Shown piece after piece: positions 10,361-20,676 of a stretch of DNA of 64,000 nucleotides (the first letter of the stretch is position 1; the number at the start of each line of letters is the position of its first letter). This stretch comes from Pseudomonadota bacterium. Lineage in GTDB: Bacteria > Chloroflexota > UBA5177. The stretch covers positions 228 through 64,227 of the forward strand of contig JAJPIP010000060.1 of assembly GCA_021324655.1 (NCBI GenBank). The letters are read 5' to 3'. A program made the translations under genes and the position numbers. Below the pieces are notes generated by a model. That model made no database searches, was not told where the DNA came from, and was given only the letters and a program-made list of their open reading frames with translations.

Positions 10361-10419
10361 GCGTGTCCTCTCCTTGCTGTCGTCTCAAGGAAAGTCTAGG
10401 TACAGGGACGGGCGCAATC

Positions 10420-13140
10420 CTAGCCGGCGGCGGGCAGGACGAGCGGCGCGATGGCGGAGGGCGCGATGGGACGGGAGAGATAGTAGCCCTGAGCCATATC
10501 GGAACCGAGGCGACGCAGCGCCTCCAGGGTGTCCGCGTCTTCTACCCCTTCCGCCACCACCCGCAGACCGAGGTTACGCGCCAGATCGACGATGGAGCGC
10601 ACGATGATGGCGCTATCGGGGTTGGTCACCATATCGGTGACAAACGAGCGGTCTACCTTGATCTCACGAGCCGGCAAGCGCTGCAGATAGCTGAGGGAGG
10701 AATAGCCGGTGCCAAAATCGTCGATCGACAGCTCGATCCCCATGCGGTGCAATTCGATCAGGGTCTGGAGGGATCCCTCCGGGTCCAGCATGATCCCACT
10801 CTCGGTGATCTCCAGCACCAGGCTGCTCCCGGGTACGCGGAAGGTATCGAGGAGGCGGCGAACCGAGCGACCGAGATCCTCATCGTGGAGTGTCCGAGCC
10901 GACAGATTGATGGCAACCCGCAGATCGAGGCCCTGGCGGTGCCAGATGGAGAGCTGCTGCAGCGCCTCCCTCATCACCCATTCCGTCAGCCGGCGGGTGA
11001 GGCCGTTTTCCTCGGCCACCGGAATGAAGATACCCGGCATGAGCAGGCCACGCTCCGGATGCTGCCACCGCACCAGCGCCTCGACCTGCCGCATCTCGCC
11101 GGTCGCCAGATCGACCTGCGGCTGATAGTGCAGGAAAAGAGTTCCTTCCTCAATGGCGCTCCGCAGCTCAGACACGAGGCGCAAGCGCTCGGGATCGGTC
11201 GGATCCTGCTCGGGCGCGTAAACCATATGGCCTCGTTCCATGCGTTTAGCCGCGTACATTGCCACATCGGCGCGGCGCATGAGGGTGGAGGAATCGGTCC
11301 CCTGCTCCGGATACAGGGCAATGCCGATACTCACGCCAACGTCAAAGACGTGGTCCAGGACATGGAAGGGCGCATCCAGAATCGACAGCAGGCGCCGCGC
11401 TTCGAGACCCGCCGCCGCCGCGTCAGCGCCCGGCAGCACCACGGCGAATTCGTCCCCACCGAGGCGCGCGATCGTCTCGGGACCACGCACCGACGAGGCA
11501 AGCCGCCGGGCAATACGCTCGAGAAGCGCATCTCCCACATGGTGACCGAAGGTATCGTTCACATCTTTGAAGCGATTGAGATCGAGGAACAGGAGTGCGA
11601 GGGGAGCGTGGCTACGCATGGCACCGGCGATGGCGGCATCCAGCCGCTCTCGCAGGAGAGTGCGGTTGGGCAGCCCAGTCAGTGCGTCGTGGCGCGCCTG
11701 ATGGGTCAGCGCCTCTTCAGACCGCTTGCGATCGGTGATGTCCTGGTGCTGGCTGATGTAATGGGCAATCGATCCGTCGGGGTTGTGGATCGGCGCGACG
11801 GTGGTGAGGCACCAGACCAGGCGCCCATCTCTGGCACGATAGCGGCGTTCCGACTCGTAATGTGAGAGCTCCCCCCGCATGAGCTGTATCCCTTCCTCAC
11901 GCGCCTCATCACGCTCGGCGGGATCGAGAAGCGAGAGGAGCGGCTTGCCGATCAGATCGCGCGGAGTGTAACCGAGCATGGTTCCCATCGCAGCATTGGC
12001 TTCGACGACCACACCGGAGGGGCTGAGCAGTGTCATGCCGGCAGCGGAATGGGTAAAGGCGCCCCGGAATCGCTCCTCGTTGAACCGAATCTCGTCGGCC
12101 GCGGTGCGAAGCGTCGTAATGTCCTGCAACAGCCCGATGAGGTAGCGCGTCCGCCGCGAGCGATCACGGACAGCCGAGGCGCTCAAGATGACCCACACGC
12201 TGTGCCCATCGCGATGCACGTACCGTTTTTCCACCTGGTACTGGTCGATGCTTCCCGCCACCAGTTGTGCTTCCAGATCCCGGCCCACCTCCACGTCATC
12301 CGGGTGGACGAACTCCTTGAGGCGGCGACTCTGCATCTCGTCGAGGTCATACCCGAGCATGTCGCAGAGCGCCTTATTGAAGCGGCGGGTCGAGCGATCG
12401 GTGCTGACGATGGCGACGCCGAGACTGGCGCTCTCGAATGCCAGACGAAAACGCTCCTCACTCTCCCGCAGAGCCTCCGCCTCATGGAGCACACGGCGCT
12501 GGAAGCGCGTAATAAGGAGAAGGAAGATGATGAGCAAGACCAGCCCAAGCGCAATCACGACCGTCGTCACGCGGTGTAGCGCCTGCCGGCGTGTCGTCAG
12601 AGCATTGAGGAGTTGGGCACTGCGCCTCTCCGCTGCCCTCGTTTCCGCGTCGACCGAGGCCTCAAGGCGGGTGACCTGCGGCTCGATCACCGCATCGTCC
12701 ACGTAAGCCGCCCGGCCGGTCTCGCCGGCGGCCAGTACCGCGCTCAAGGTCTGAAAGTCGCGGTCGAGGCGATGGGCCCGGGTCAGGATGACAGCGGCCC
12801 GCCGGGCGTCCGCGCGCGTTCCCTCCCGCGCCACGAGGCGCTGCGTCCAGTTGAAATTGAGGGTGACAGCGCGTAGGCGAGCCGCGACATGGGAGTGTGG
12901 ATCACGAGCGTCGGCGAGCTCCTGTGCCAGGTCGGACCGTGCCTGCAGAGAGGCCGCCGCTACTCGCGACGCTCTCTCGACGTGCGGCACCAGGCCGGCG
13001 GAGCTGGAGTCCACCCACAGGGTCACCAGAGACAGGACGGCCACGATGGAGAGGAAGCCGAGGATACCAGCTCCAAAGGCCGCGCGCGGAGACACGTGCA
13101 TACGGTATTTCGCCCTTTGCCGCCACAGAATCATGGGCAA
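10420..13140 (-). CDS. Membrane-anchored PAS-PAS-GGDEF-EAL signalling protein (c-di-GMP turnover)
   Basis: N-terminal TM segments and PAS-like repeats. RLGGDEFAVVL (GGDEF), EALVRWQHP and DDFGTGYSSLSYL (EAL) are present. The start could instead be the internal Met at 13101. Confidence 0.9.
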   Translation of the reverse strand: MPMILWRQRAKYRMHVSPRAAFGAGILGFLSIVAVLSLVTLWVDSSSAGLVPHVERASRVAAASLQARSDLAQELADARDPHSHVAARLRAVTLNFNWTQRLVAREGTRADARRAAVILTRAHRLDRDFQTLSAVLAAGETGRAAYVDDAVIEPQVTRLEASVDAETRAAERRSAQLLNALTTRRQALHRVTTVVIALGLVLLIIFLLLITRFQRRVLHEAEALRESEERFRLAFESASLGVAIVSTDRSTRRFNKALCDMLGYDLDEMQSRRLKEFVHPDDVEVGRDLEAQLVAGSIDQYQVEKRYVHRDGHSVWVILSASAVRDRSRRTRYLIGLLQDITTLRTAADEIRFNEERFRGAFTHSAAGMTLLSPSGVVVEANAAMGTMLGYTPRDLIGKPLLSLLDPAERDEAREEGIQLMRGELSHYESERRYRARDGRLVWCLTTVAPIHNPDGSIAHYISQHQDITDRKRSEEALTHQARHDALTGLPNRTLLRERLDAAIAGAMRSHAPLALLFLDLNRFKDVNDTFGHHVGDALLERIARRLASSVRGPETIARLGGDEFAVVLPGADAAAAGLEARRLLSILDAPFHVLDHVFDVGVSIGIALYPEQGTDSSTLMRRADVAMYAAKRMERGHMVYAPEQDPTDPERLRLVSELRSAIEEGTLFLHYQPQVDLATGEMRQVEALVRWQHPERGLLMPGIFIPVAEENGLTRRLTEWVMREALQQLSIWHRQGLDLRVAINLSARTLHDEDLGRSVRRLLDTFRVPGSSLVLEITESGIMLDPEGSLQTLIELHRMGIELSIDDFGTGYSSLSYLQRLPAREIKVDRSFVTDMVTNPDSAIIVRSIVDLARNLGLRVVAEGVEDADTLEALRRLGSDMAQGYYLSRPIAPSAIAPLVLPAAG

Positions 13141-13238
13141 CGTAGCAGATGCATTCCGCGCCGTATAGAGGTCGAACGGTCATCGGGCGAGGAAGGGACG
13201 GACGTCCTGCCGCCTCGGGGGCCGTTGGTCCCGGCGGT

Positions 13239-14258
13239 TTACACGCGCACCGGAACGCGACATCCCGTCCCGGCCGACTCGATGGCGGCGAACGCCATCG
13301 CCAACGTCTTGATGTTGTCGTGGCACTCGCCGTGCGGCGTGGCACCTGTATCCAGAGCCCGCAGAAAATCAGCAAGCGAGCCGGCGAAAAAAGGCTCGAT
13401 CTCCGGCACATCCGCCGTGATCCGCCGCTGTTTCCGTACAAAGCCTTCTTCGGACGCCGGCACCTCGGCGGCCGGTGCATTCACCCCATCCCACACAGCG
13501 GTGCCGCGCTCGCCCACGGCTCGCCACTCCGACTCCCACGAGGTATGGAACCCTTCCGCGCACCAGCAGCCGCTGAACGTGTAGCGGATACCACCCTCCA
13601 TCTCGAAGACACAGGTGGCAGCCGCCTTCCCGTGAAACCAACTCCAGGGAGGATTGAACTCATCACAGTAGACGGCGACGGCGTCGCGGCCGGCAAGGAA
13701 ACGGGCGGCATCGAAGATGTGAACGCCCATATCGACCAGGAGAATGTGCTCCAGGTTGTGCCGGAAGGGATCGCTCCCGTGCATGGCGATGTAGAAGTCC
13801 GAGTTGAGGATGCCGAGCGGACCGACGGTCGTCTCGATGAGATGTTTGAGCGCCTCCAGATTGGCGTCATAACGACGCATCTGGCTCACCATATAGAGCT
13901 GCCCGGTCCGCTCCGAGGCGGACACCATGGCGCAGGCCGCCTCCATGGTGTCCGCCATCGGCTTCTCACCGAGAACCGGCACCCCAAACTCCAACGAGCG
14001 AATCGTCACGTCGCGGTGGGCGGACGGCACGGTCACGTCCACCACGAAATCCGGCCGGACCGCATGCAGGGCCTCCTCGAGGTCCGTTCCCGTATAAATG
14101 CCGTCCAGTCCCGCCTGGTGCGCCGCCGCTTCCGCCGCTCCGGGGACGATATCAATCCAGCCGGCGACCTCCGTCCCAGGATTGGATCGCAGCGTCGGCT
14201 CCCACGCGTTCCGCGCCAGTCCACCGGCCCCCACCAGCAGCGCCCGCCGTGTGCTCAC
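13239..14258 (-). CDS. Gfo/Idh/MocA family oxidoreductase (ThuB-like partner of the adjacent ThuA-domain protein)
   Basis: Rossmann N-terminus ALLVGAGGLARNAW and the VLGEKPMA motif. 4-nt overlap with the upstream ThuA-domain gene. Confidence 0.8.
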   Translation of the reverse strand: MSTRRALLVGAGGLARNAWEPTLRSNPGTEVAGWIDIVPGAAEAAAHQAGLDGIYTGTDLEEALHAVRPDFVVDVTVPSAHRDVTIRSLEFGVPVLGEKPMADTMEAACAMVSASERTGQLYMVSQMRRYDANLEALKHLIETTVGPLGILNSDFYIAMHGSDPFRHNLEHILLVDMGVHIFDAARFLAGRDAVAVYCDEFNPPWSWFHGKAAATCVFEMEGGIRYTFSGCWCAEGFHTSWESEWRAVGERGTAVWDGVNAPAAEVPASEEGFVRKQRRITADVPEIEPFFAGSLADFLRALDTGATPHGECHDNIKTLAMAFAAIESAGTGCRVPVRV

Positions 14259-15004
14259 GACCTCTCCCCCTCGAACCAGCCCATCGGCGTAAACGACATA
14301 TCGGTGGGAGCGCGCCGCGGACCCGCGCGATTCGCCCAGAGAACGGCGTTCGCCAGTACCCGACGAATCTCGGGCTGCGCGTAAACCGGATACGTCTCAT
14401 GTCCGGGGCTGAAGTAGAAGACACGTCCTGCCGCCCGATAAAAGCAGCAACCGCTGCGAAAGACCTCGCCGCCTGTGAACGAGCTGATAAAGATCAATTC
14501 ATCCGGCTGCGGGATGTCGAAGTACTCGCCGTACATCTCCTGGCGGGGGATGATGAACACCTCCGGCACGCCACCGGCGATGGGATGGCCGGGATTGACC
14601 GTCCAGACCACCTCGCGGTCGTCCGCTTCCCGCCAGCGCAGGGAACACGACGTGCCCATGAGACGCCGAAAGATCTTGGAGAGATGGCCGGAGTGGAGGA
14701 CGAGCAGTCCCATGCCGGCCAGCACCGCCTGGTAGACGCGGTCCACGACCACATCGCTCACTTGCTCATGGGCGGCATGCCCCCACCAGGTCAGAACGTC
14801 GGTGGCTGCCAGCACCTCCGGCGTCAGGCCATGTTCCGTTTCCTGCAGGGTCGCCGTTCGCACCTGCACTCGCTCACCCAGGTCCGCTCGCAGTCCCTGC
14901 GCGATCGCCTCGTGCATGCCCTCTGGGTAAAGCTCACGCACGCGCGGCATCTCGTGCTCATGGACGTTTTCGCCCCACACCGTCACCCGTATCGGCTCTG
15001 TCAC
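14255..15004 (-). CDS. ThuA (trehalose utilisation)-domain protein
   Basis: IRVTVWGENVHE...DVLTWWGHAAH...LVLHSGH...FYFSPGHETYP is ThuA-like. I placed the start at GTG 15004 (GGGAGGGGG 5 nt upstream); the track ORF extends a further 83 codons with Arg/Ser-rich non-coding-like sequence. Confidence 0.75.
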   Translation of the reverse strand: MTEPIRVTVWGENVHEHEMPRVRELYPEGMHEAIAQGLRADLGERVQVRTATLQETEHGLTPEVLAATDVLTWWGHAAHEQVSDVVVDRVYQAVLAGMGLLVLHSGHLSKIFRRLMGTSCSLRWREADDREVVWTVNPGHPIAGGVPEVFIIPRQEMYGEYFDIPQPDELIFISSFTGGEVFRSGCCFYRAAGRVFYFSPGHETYPVYAQPEIRRVLANAVLWANRAGPRRAPTDMSFTPMGWFEGERS

Positions 15005-15164
15005 TCGTACCCCCTCCCGCTGTTTTCTACTGTAGCGGCTCTGTCGGGAGGGCGGCCGCCGTACCCCGGTGCGGCAGCGCTGTGTGTACGAGCCGGAGGG
15101 TTTGCTCGCCCGCATGCCTTCTCTGCCGCTCGGAGGAACGGAGCGTTCTCCGCACCCACCTCGC

Positions 15165-15193
15165 TTGACAGTTGCCAGGTCCCGCGGTAGGCT
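15165..15193 (+). promoter_or_regulatory. Sigma-70-like promoter candidate (TTGACA-17 nt-TAGGCT)
   Basis: TTGACA at 15165-15170 and TAGGCT at 15188-15193, with an exact 17-nt spacer. It lies about 240 nt upstream of ATG 15433 in a 428-bp divergent intergenic region. Confidence 0.35.
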
Positions 15194-15432
15194 ATCTGCA
15201 TCCGAGGGGAGAGACAGCCCAAAGGGCAGCGATGACGCGGAAGGTGTCGACACGTAGAGCCTGCTTGGCCACCTGCTCGACGTCGAGCCACTGGTGAACC
15301 CGATCCGCTGAGGATCGCGTGTTGTCTTGCGGGACAGGGTCGGACAGGAGGCCGATCACCGAGCGGAATCCGGTCACTGTCGTGGGGGGTCAGGAATCCC
15401 TCGGGAGCGGAGATGGTGAAGGAGGATCGATC

Positions 15433-17166
15433 ATGCTCCATGCGATCAGATCATCGCGCCTGGTGAACGGGCGTGCCGGCCGGCTCATCGTGGCGGCCGG
15501 CCTCGTCTCGATCGGACTACTGAGTCCTGTAGCGTCACACGCGTCCACGCCAACCAGCGTCACCTTCCACGCCCAACCCTCACTGGGAACGCGCGTCGGC
15601 ACGGCACACGCGTTGCCGACGGGATCGGCGTTTACTGGGGGACAAACGTTCAACCCGGTTCCGTTCATGACACCGTGGCGAGGGCCGCACGGCGTAGGGA
15701 AGGGTATCGGCGCTCCCTCGGCAGGGTCACTTCCGTTGGCTCCCCACCGAGGTGCCGTCCTCCAGCAATTCAACGGCCTGGACAACAATGCGCAGGCATA
15801 CCAGAGCGGCATCGTGTTGACGCCGCCGGACCAGGGTGTTTGTGCCGGGTATGACCCGTTCCTGAGCGGGCATCCGGAAGTGGTCTTCGAGGTCATCAAC
15901 GAGGCCGGCGAAGAGGTGACGCCCGGCGGGAAGGTTCTGGCCGGTCCCTTCAGCCTCGCCGCGCTCTTCAATGATCCCTATACTCTCGGCGACGTCCGCT
16001 GCTATTACGATGCCACCACGCAGAGCTTCTACTTTACGGAGATTGGCTTCAACATGACGGGACCCAATCCAGGCTCGAATAGTACCGTCGACATTGCCGT
16101 GTACAACTCCAACGGCCTGGCCGAGTACCAGTTCGACACCTCCCAGAGTGGCGCCGTCTTTGGCGACCAGCCGGAGATTGGGTACGACAACTACAACCTC
16201 TACGTCGCCACCGATCAATTCCCATCCAGCGGCTACGACAATGCCGAACTGATCGCGATCAGTAAGTCGGATCTGGTCGATGAAGTGGCATCGCCGCAGG
16301 ATGCCTACTTCCAGAACGTCTCCATCGGCGGCCTGCCGATGATCGCCCTCGAGCCGGCCGTCAGCCCGGGCGTCAACACCGAGTACATGCTGAACTCTTT
16401 CAGCTACGACCAGAACTTCAATCCGATTAGTCCCGCCACCACGCTCGGCTTCTGGCGCATGAACGGGGAGGCCAACCTCCACACGGCGACCCTGCAAGGA
16501 ACCCTCATCAATAGCGAGGCCTACGCTTTCCCGGTCCCCGCCGCCAGCGACGGTAGCGGAAACGCCGAGTACTCGGTTTCCGGTCTACCAATCACCGCCG
16601 AGGCCTACCTCCAACCGGATGACAGTCGCCTGTTGCAGGTGCAGGTGGCCAGTGACAGTAGCGGCCTGACGATGTGGGCGGCGCTGGACAGCGCCGTCAC
16701 CATCCCGGGTGACACCACCCGTGACGCCGCTGCCTGGTTCGAGGTGGATCCCACCAAGGTCAATTTCTCATCCTCGACAGGTGCCGGCATACTCCACCAG
16801 GGCTACCTGGCGGCCGCCGGCCAGAACCTGCTCTACCCGGCCATCTGGTACCAGCACGGCACCGTCACCGTGGTCTACACAGACAGCAGTGCGACGATGA
16901 ACCCCAGCGCGGCTTACAGCGCGTTCACCCTCGGCACCAAGACGCCGAGCATCTACATCCTCGCCACCGGGCCGTCGCCCCACTACAGCTTCTGTGAGTA
17001 TTTCGGGTGCTCCCGGTGGGGTGATTACTCTGCCGCCACCGCCGACCCATCCGGGTCCGGCGTCTGGATCGCCACGGAGTACACAGCACCGGAAAGCACA
17101 GATGCCACGAACGGCGATGCGTACGACAACTGGGGAACGTACGTCGCCGAGACCCGCAGCTCATAG
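15433..17166 (+). CDS. Secreted hypothetical protein (578 aa), possibly of the beta-propeller / sialidase-like superfamily
   Basis: ATG 15433 follows GGTGAAGGAGGA. Signal peptide MLHAIRSSRLVNGRAGRLIVAAGLVSIGLLSPVASHA. The C-terminal RWGDYSAATADP motif resembles WGDY motifs of secreted propeller proteins. I recognise no confident family. Confidence 0.7.
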   Translation: MLHAIRSSRLVNGRAGRLIVAAGLVSIGLLSPVASHASTPTSVTFHAQPSLGTRVGTAHALPTGSAFTGGQTFNPVPFMTPWRGPHGVGKGIGAPSAGSLPLAPHRGAVLQQFNGLDNNAQAYQSGIVLTPPDQGVCAGYDPFLSGHPEVVFEVINEAGEEVTPGGKVLAGPFSLAALFNDPYTLGDVRCYYDATTQSFYFTEIGFNMTGPNPGSNSTVDIAVYNSNGLAEYQFDTSQSGAVFGDQPEIGYDNYNLYVATDQFPSSGYDNAELIAISKSDLVDEVASPQDAYFQNVSIGGLPMIALEPAVSPGVNTEYMLNSFSYDQNFNPISPATTLGFWRMNGEANLHTATLQGTLINSEAYAFPVPAASDGSGNAEYSVSGLPITAEAYLQPDDSRLLQVQVASDSSGLTMWAALDSAVTIPGDTTRDAAAWFEVDPTKVNFSSSTGAGILHQGYLAAAGQNLLYPAIWYQHGTVTVVYTDSSATMNPSAAYSAFTLGTKTPSIYILATGPSPHYSFCEYFGCSRWGDYSAATADPSGSGVWIATEYTAPESTDATNGDAYDNWGTYVAETRSS

Positions 17167-17171
17167 GCTCA

Positions 17172-17206
17172 AGCGAGAGGGGCGGCCGCCGGCTGCCCCT
17201 CTCGCT
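17172..17206. terminator. GC-rich hairpin between convergent genes (bidirectional terminator candidate)
   Basis: AGCGAGAGGGGC (17172-17183) pairs perfectly with GCCCCTCTCGCT (17195-17206), and further G-C pairs are possible in the loop. It starts 6 nt after the TAG at 17164-17166. No U-tract. Confidence 0.5.
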
Positions 17207-17281
17207 GACTCTCGCCCAGGACCCGGGCGGCCACAGGAGCGATGTCCGTTTGGTCAGACGTCATCGCCACTCAGCGGCGCA

Positions 17282-19990
17282 TTACTCATTGCGCAGCGCC
17301 TCGATCGGGCGCACTCCAACCGGACCCCGCGCCGCTACGTACGCAATCGCCGCTGCCAGTCCTGTCGCAAACACCAGCACCATCACGGCGACGGCGGGAT
17401 CGAATCCGACGGCACGCCGTAGGGCGAAATGGGAGATCAGGGCCAGCGCGATCGCCACGCCAAGGACACTCAGCGCACCGGCCAGAGTGCCGATGAGCGC
17501 ATTCTCCAGGAGCACGAAGCCCAGGACGCTGCGATTGCGGAAACCCACGCTCTTGAAGAGAGCGATCTCGCGCCGGCGCTCCAGCATGGCCAGTCCGACA
17601 CCATTGCCGACGACAGCGGTCCCGGCTCCCAGCACGAGGGCCGTGATGACCGCCAGGACGTCCAGGAGCTCGCCCAGAACTTGATTCACGATCGCGACCA
17701 GAGCCGCCGTATCGACGACCAGCGCGCCCGGAACCGCTCGCTGAAGGGTCGCAGCATCGGTCGAGAGATGGGTGGGATCGACGGAGAAGACGACAATCGA
17801 CTGGGCTCCGGAACCACCAATCCGGCGCGCGAAGGAACGATCAGCCAGCACCGGCGGGGTAAAGAACGACCCGAAGGTGCGGGTCGCGCGGCGAACCACA
17901 TAGAAACCGACGATGTGCCCGCTGCCGCTCCGATCGGAGTCGGTGGCCCGCAAGACGATCCGATCGCCCAGGCTCAGGGAGAAGGGAGGCCGCATCAGCA
18001 CGGCGTTCACCAGAATGTTGTCGTGCCCGCTATCCCCCGAGCCGAGAGTCCGGCCGGCTGCCAGCGTCAGGTTCGTCGGACGGCTCCCCTGAGCCAGATC
18101 ATATCCCGTTACCCCACCGAGCGTGCGACGCGTGTCGATGGAGGCATCGCCGTCATTCGAAGGAAGCCGGCCCGCGAAGACATCAAACGGGCGACCGTCT
18201 AGTGAAACGGGGACGGTTTGCGCGACGAGAACGGCCTGCCGGCTCCGCACGCCGGTCAGACTGTGCGACGCACGAACGATCTGCCGCGCACTGGAGCTGT
18301 TGGCGATGGCCACGAGATTGTTGGTGGCCGCGGTGGCCAGCGCCGTGTTGATCTGGTTGCGCAAGCTGATTGCAACCGTCAGCGAGATCGCCATGGCAAG
18401 AACCCCGGCCAGAAACGCCACCAGGATGACAGACGTGCGAGCCTGCCGGCGGCTCAGGCTGCGAATCGCCACCAGCATGGGAAGCCGCCTCTCGACCGGG
18501 ACGAAGAGCATGACAGCCCAGAGAACAACCGCCAGCGCGACCACCGCCGCCAGCGGCGTCACGCGTTGAGCCGTGACGGCGAGACCGGCAAGGAGAACGA
18601 GAAGGACGAGGATGCCGGCCGGACGAGAACGCGGCGGCCCGATGCGCTCCAGCACGGTCAGAACCAGAGCGAACAGTCCCGTGAGCACGGCAAAGGCGGC
18701 GAGGGCTCCCGCCACCAGTTCGACGGCCAGCACAGTACTGCCTAGCTCGGTGGCGGCCAGCGCCATAAATAGGATCGCGACCAGCACGATGAGGCCGATC
18801 GTCTTCGTCCAGCCCCGCCACGCCATCCCGCCCTCACCTTCTCGCAGGAGCTCGAGGGGCCGGATCGAGGTGGCACGCACGATTGGAATGACGGCAAAGA
18901 TCAGCGTTGCTCCCACACCGAGACCGACGGCACCGAGCAGAGGACGAGGATCGATGACCAGCGTGACCTGCAGGGCCAGTGCCGCCGCGAGGGCGCTCGT
19001 GATCACGGTACTGATCAGCGCCCCGAGCAGGGCACCGACGACACCGGCGCCCAGTCCCAGGATGATGGCTTCTCCCCCGAAGAGGAGGTAGAGAGCGACG
19101 TTTCGATAGCCCATGGCCTTGAGCATGGCGATCTCCAGGCGACGGCGAACGTACATGGACTGCATAGCGTTCAACGTGCCGATCCCAGCGATCAGCAAGG
19201 CCAGCAGCCCGACGAGTGTGAGGAACTGCTGAAAGTCATGAACCTGCGCCTTGTCGGCCTGGAGAGCCTCGGTGACCGTCTGCACCGTCGCGCTGGGAAA
19301 GGCGTCCCGCAGCGTCGCCGCGAGTGATGCCGGCGGACCGACCGTGTTAACGAACACGTTGGCGTAGGTGGTGGCACGACCCAGGGCGCCGGCATACCGG
19401 CGCTGGACGATCATCGTATCGTCCTGCGAGAAGTTGGTCTGGTTGAGAATGCCGCGTATGACGACCATCAACCCCCTGCCTCCGATGGAGTTGACGACGA
19501 ACCGGCTCCCGATCTGTGCTCCTAACTCTTGCGCCAGAAACGAGCTGACCACCACGTCGCCCGGTCGAGCAAGCGCGGTCTCGACGCGTCCATTCGACGG
19601 TGACGCGAAGGCCGGCTCACCGCCCAGCGGGTACGGAGGCGAGGAGACAACCTCGACTTCAAAGGGAATGAGGTCATGATTCTCTCCGACGGCGGTCGCG
19701 TGTAGTGTTGATGCGGCGGTCCAGCCTCGGATGCGACCCGCACGCATCAGACTCCGAAACACGTCAAGATCGCCTGCCGAGAGGGGGGAGGCGTTGCTGC
19801 TGAGCGAGATGTCACCGCCGTTGGCCGCCCGGACGTTGGAGATGAGGGTATTCGAGACGGTCGCGGAGGCGATTTGCAGGGCGACGATCCCCGCGATCCC
19901 GACGGCGATGCAGGTCATAGCCAGAAGCGCCGGCGTACCTCCCCGCCACAGGGAGCGAACGATGTAGCGGAGAGCGAAGATCAGGCTCAC
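17282..19990 (-). CDS. ABC transporter permease, FtsX/MacB-type, duplicated (two FtsX modules)
   Basis: 902 aa with two repeats, each of a large extracytoplasmic loop plus a 4-TM FtsX-like bundle. 4-nt overlap with the upstream ATPase gene. Confidence 0.85.
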   Translation of the reverse strand: MSLIFALRYIVRSLWRGGTPALLAMTCIAVGIAGIVALQIASATVSNTLISNVRAANGGDISLSSNASPLSAGDLDVFRSLMRAGRIRGWTAASTLHATAVGENHDLIPFEVEVVSSPPYPLGGEPAFASPSNGRVETALARPGDVVVSSFLAQELGAQIGSRFVVNSIGGRGLMVVIRGILNQTNFSQDDTMIVQRRYAGALGRATTYANVFVNTVGPPASLAATLRDAFPSATVQTVTEALQADKAQVHDFQQFLTLVGLLALLIAGIGTLNAMQSMYVRRRLEIAMLKAMGYRNVALYLLFGGEAIILGLGAGVVGALLGALISTVITSALAAALALQVTLVIDPRPLLGAVGLGVGATLIFAVIPIVRATSIRPLELLREGEGGMAWRGWTKTIGLIVLVAILFMALAATELGSTVLAVELVAGALAAFAVLTGLFALVLTVLERIGPPRSRPAGILVLLVLLAGLAVTAQRVTPLAAVVALAVVLWAVMLFVPVERRLPMLVAIRSLSRRQARTSVILVAFLAGVLAMAISLTVAISLRNQINTALATAATNNLVAIANSSSARQIVRASHSLTGVRSRQAVLVAQTVPVSLDGRPFDVFAGRLPSNDGDASIDTRRTLGGVTGYDLAQGSRPTNLTLAAGRTLGSGDSGHDNILVNAVLMRPPFSLSLGDRIVLRATDSDRSGSGHIVGFYVVRRATRTFGSFFTPPVLADRSFARRIGGSGAQSIVVFSVDPTHLSTDAATLQRAVPGALVVDTAALVAIVNQVLGELLDVLAVITALVLGAGTAVVGNGVGLAMLERRREIALFKSVGFRNRSVLGFVLLENALIGTLAGALSVLGVAIALALISHFALRRAVGFDPAVAVMVLVFATGLAAAIAYVAARGPVGVRPIEALRNE

Positions 19991-20676
19991 GGCCCCGCCA
20001 ATTTGCCGTCGCGCAAGCGCAGAACGCGATTAGCCCGGGCAGCCACGGCGTCATTGTGGGTAGCCAGGAGGATGGTCAGTCCCAACTCCGCCCGCAGGGA
20101 GGACAGGAGTTCCATGAGGGCCGCTCCACTCTCCGAATCGAGGTTCCCGGTCGGCTCATCGGCAATCAACAGCGGCGGCGCCGACACCAGGGCCCGCGCG
20201 ACGGCAACACGCTGCTGCTCACCGCCGGAGAGCTGCGACGGGCGGTGATGGAGGCGATGTCCCAGACCGACGGTCTCCAGAACGTGCTGCGCGTGCTCGG
20301 CATGATGGCCGTTGTGATTCGTCACGAACAGAGGGAGCTGGACGTTCTCCAGCGCGGTGAGGGTGGGGATCAGATTGTAGGCCTGGAAGACCATGCCCAC
20401 ATGCGAGGCACGGAAAGCGGCGAGTCGGCGCTCCGGTAAGCGGCTGATCTCCAGCCCGTCGAGGATGACGTCTCCGCTGGTCGGCCGGTCCAGTCCCGCC
20501 ACGATCCCAAGCAGGGTGCTCTTGCCACTTCCCGACGGGCCCATGAGCGCCACCATCTCTCCTGCCTGGAGGTCGAAGCTGACCCCGCCCAGAATCGAGA
20601 TGCGTTCGCTTCCCAGAGGGAGTTCCTTAATGACGTCACGGACCGACAGCGTTGGCTCGGTCACGGCCGGCGCCAC
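19987..20676 (-). CDS. ABC transporter ATP-binding protein (MacB/LolD-like)
   Basis: Walker A GPSGSGKST, signature LSGGEQQR, Walker B LLIADEPT. Confidence 0.95.
   Translation of the reverse strand: MAPAVTEPTLSVRDVIKELPLGSERISILGGVSFDLQAGEMVALMGPSGSGKSTLLGIVAGLDRPTSGDVILDGLEISRLPERRLAAFRASHVGMVFQAYNLIPTLTALENVQLPLFVTNHNGHHAEHAQHVLETVGLGHRLHHRPSQLSGGEQQRVAVARALVSAPPLLIADEPTGNLDSESGAALMELLSSLRAELGLTILLATHNDAVAARANRVLRLRDGKLAGP

Noticed and set aside
10363-11865. 500-aa plus-strand ORF opposite the first GGDEF-EAL gene. The same reasoning applies to 125-970(-), 1150-2154(+), 3240-4289(+), 3953-5185(+), 28777-30156(+), 49165-50322(-) and 55723-56739(-)
   Set aside because: All overlap genes with strong family evidence on the other strand or frame, and all have low-complexity Arg/Gly/Pro-rich translations.
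15194-15432. Possible cobalamin riboswitch in the long leader (it contains GCCACTG, the core of the B12 box)
   Set aside because: The other conserved elements are missing: no AGGGAA...GGTG..AA..CC context, and no C-rich tract preceding GCCACTG. The downstream gene is not a cobalamin-related transporter. I kept it only as a generic structured-leader candidate.
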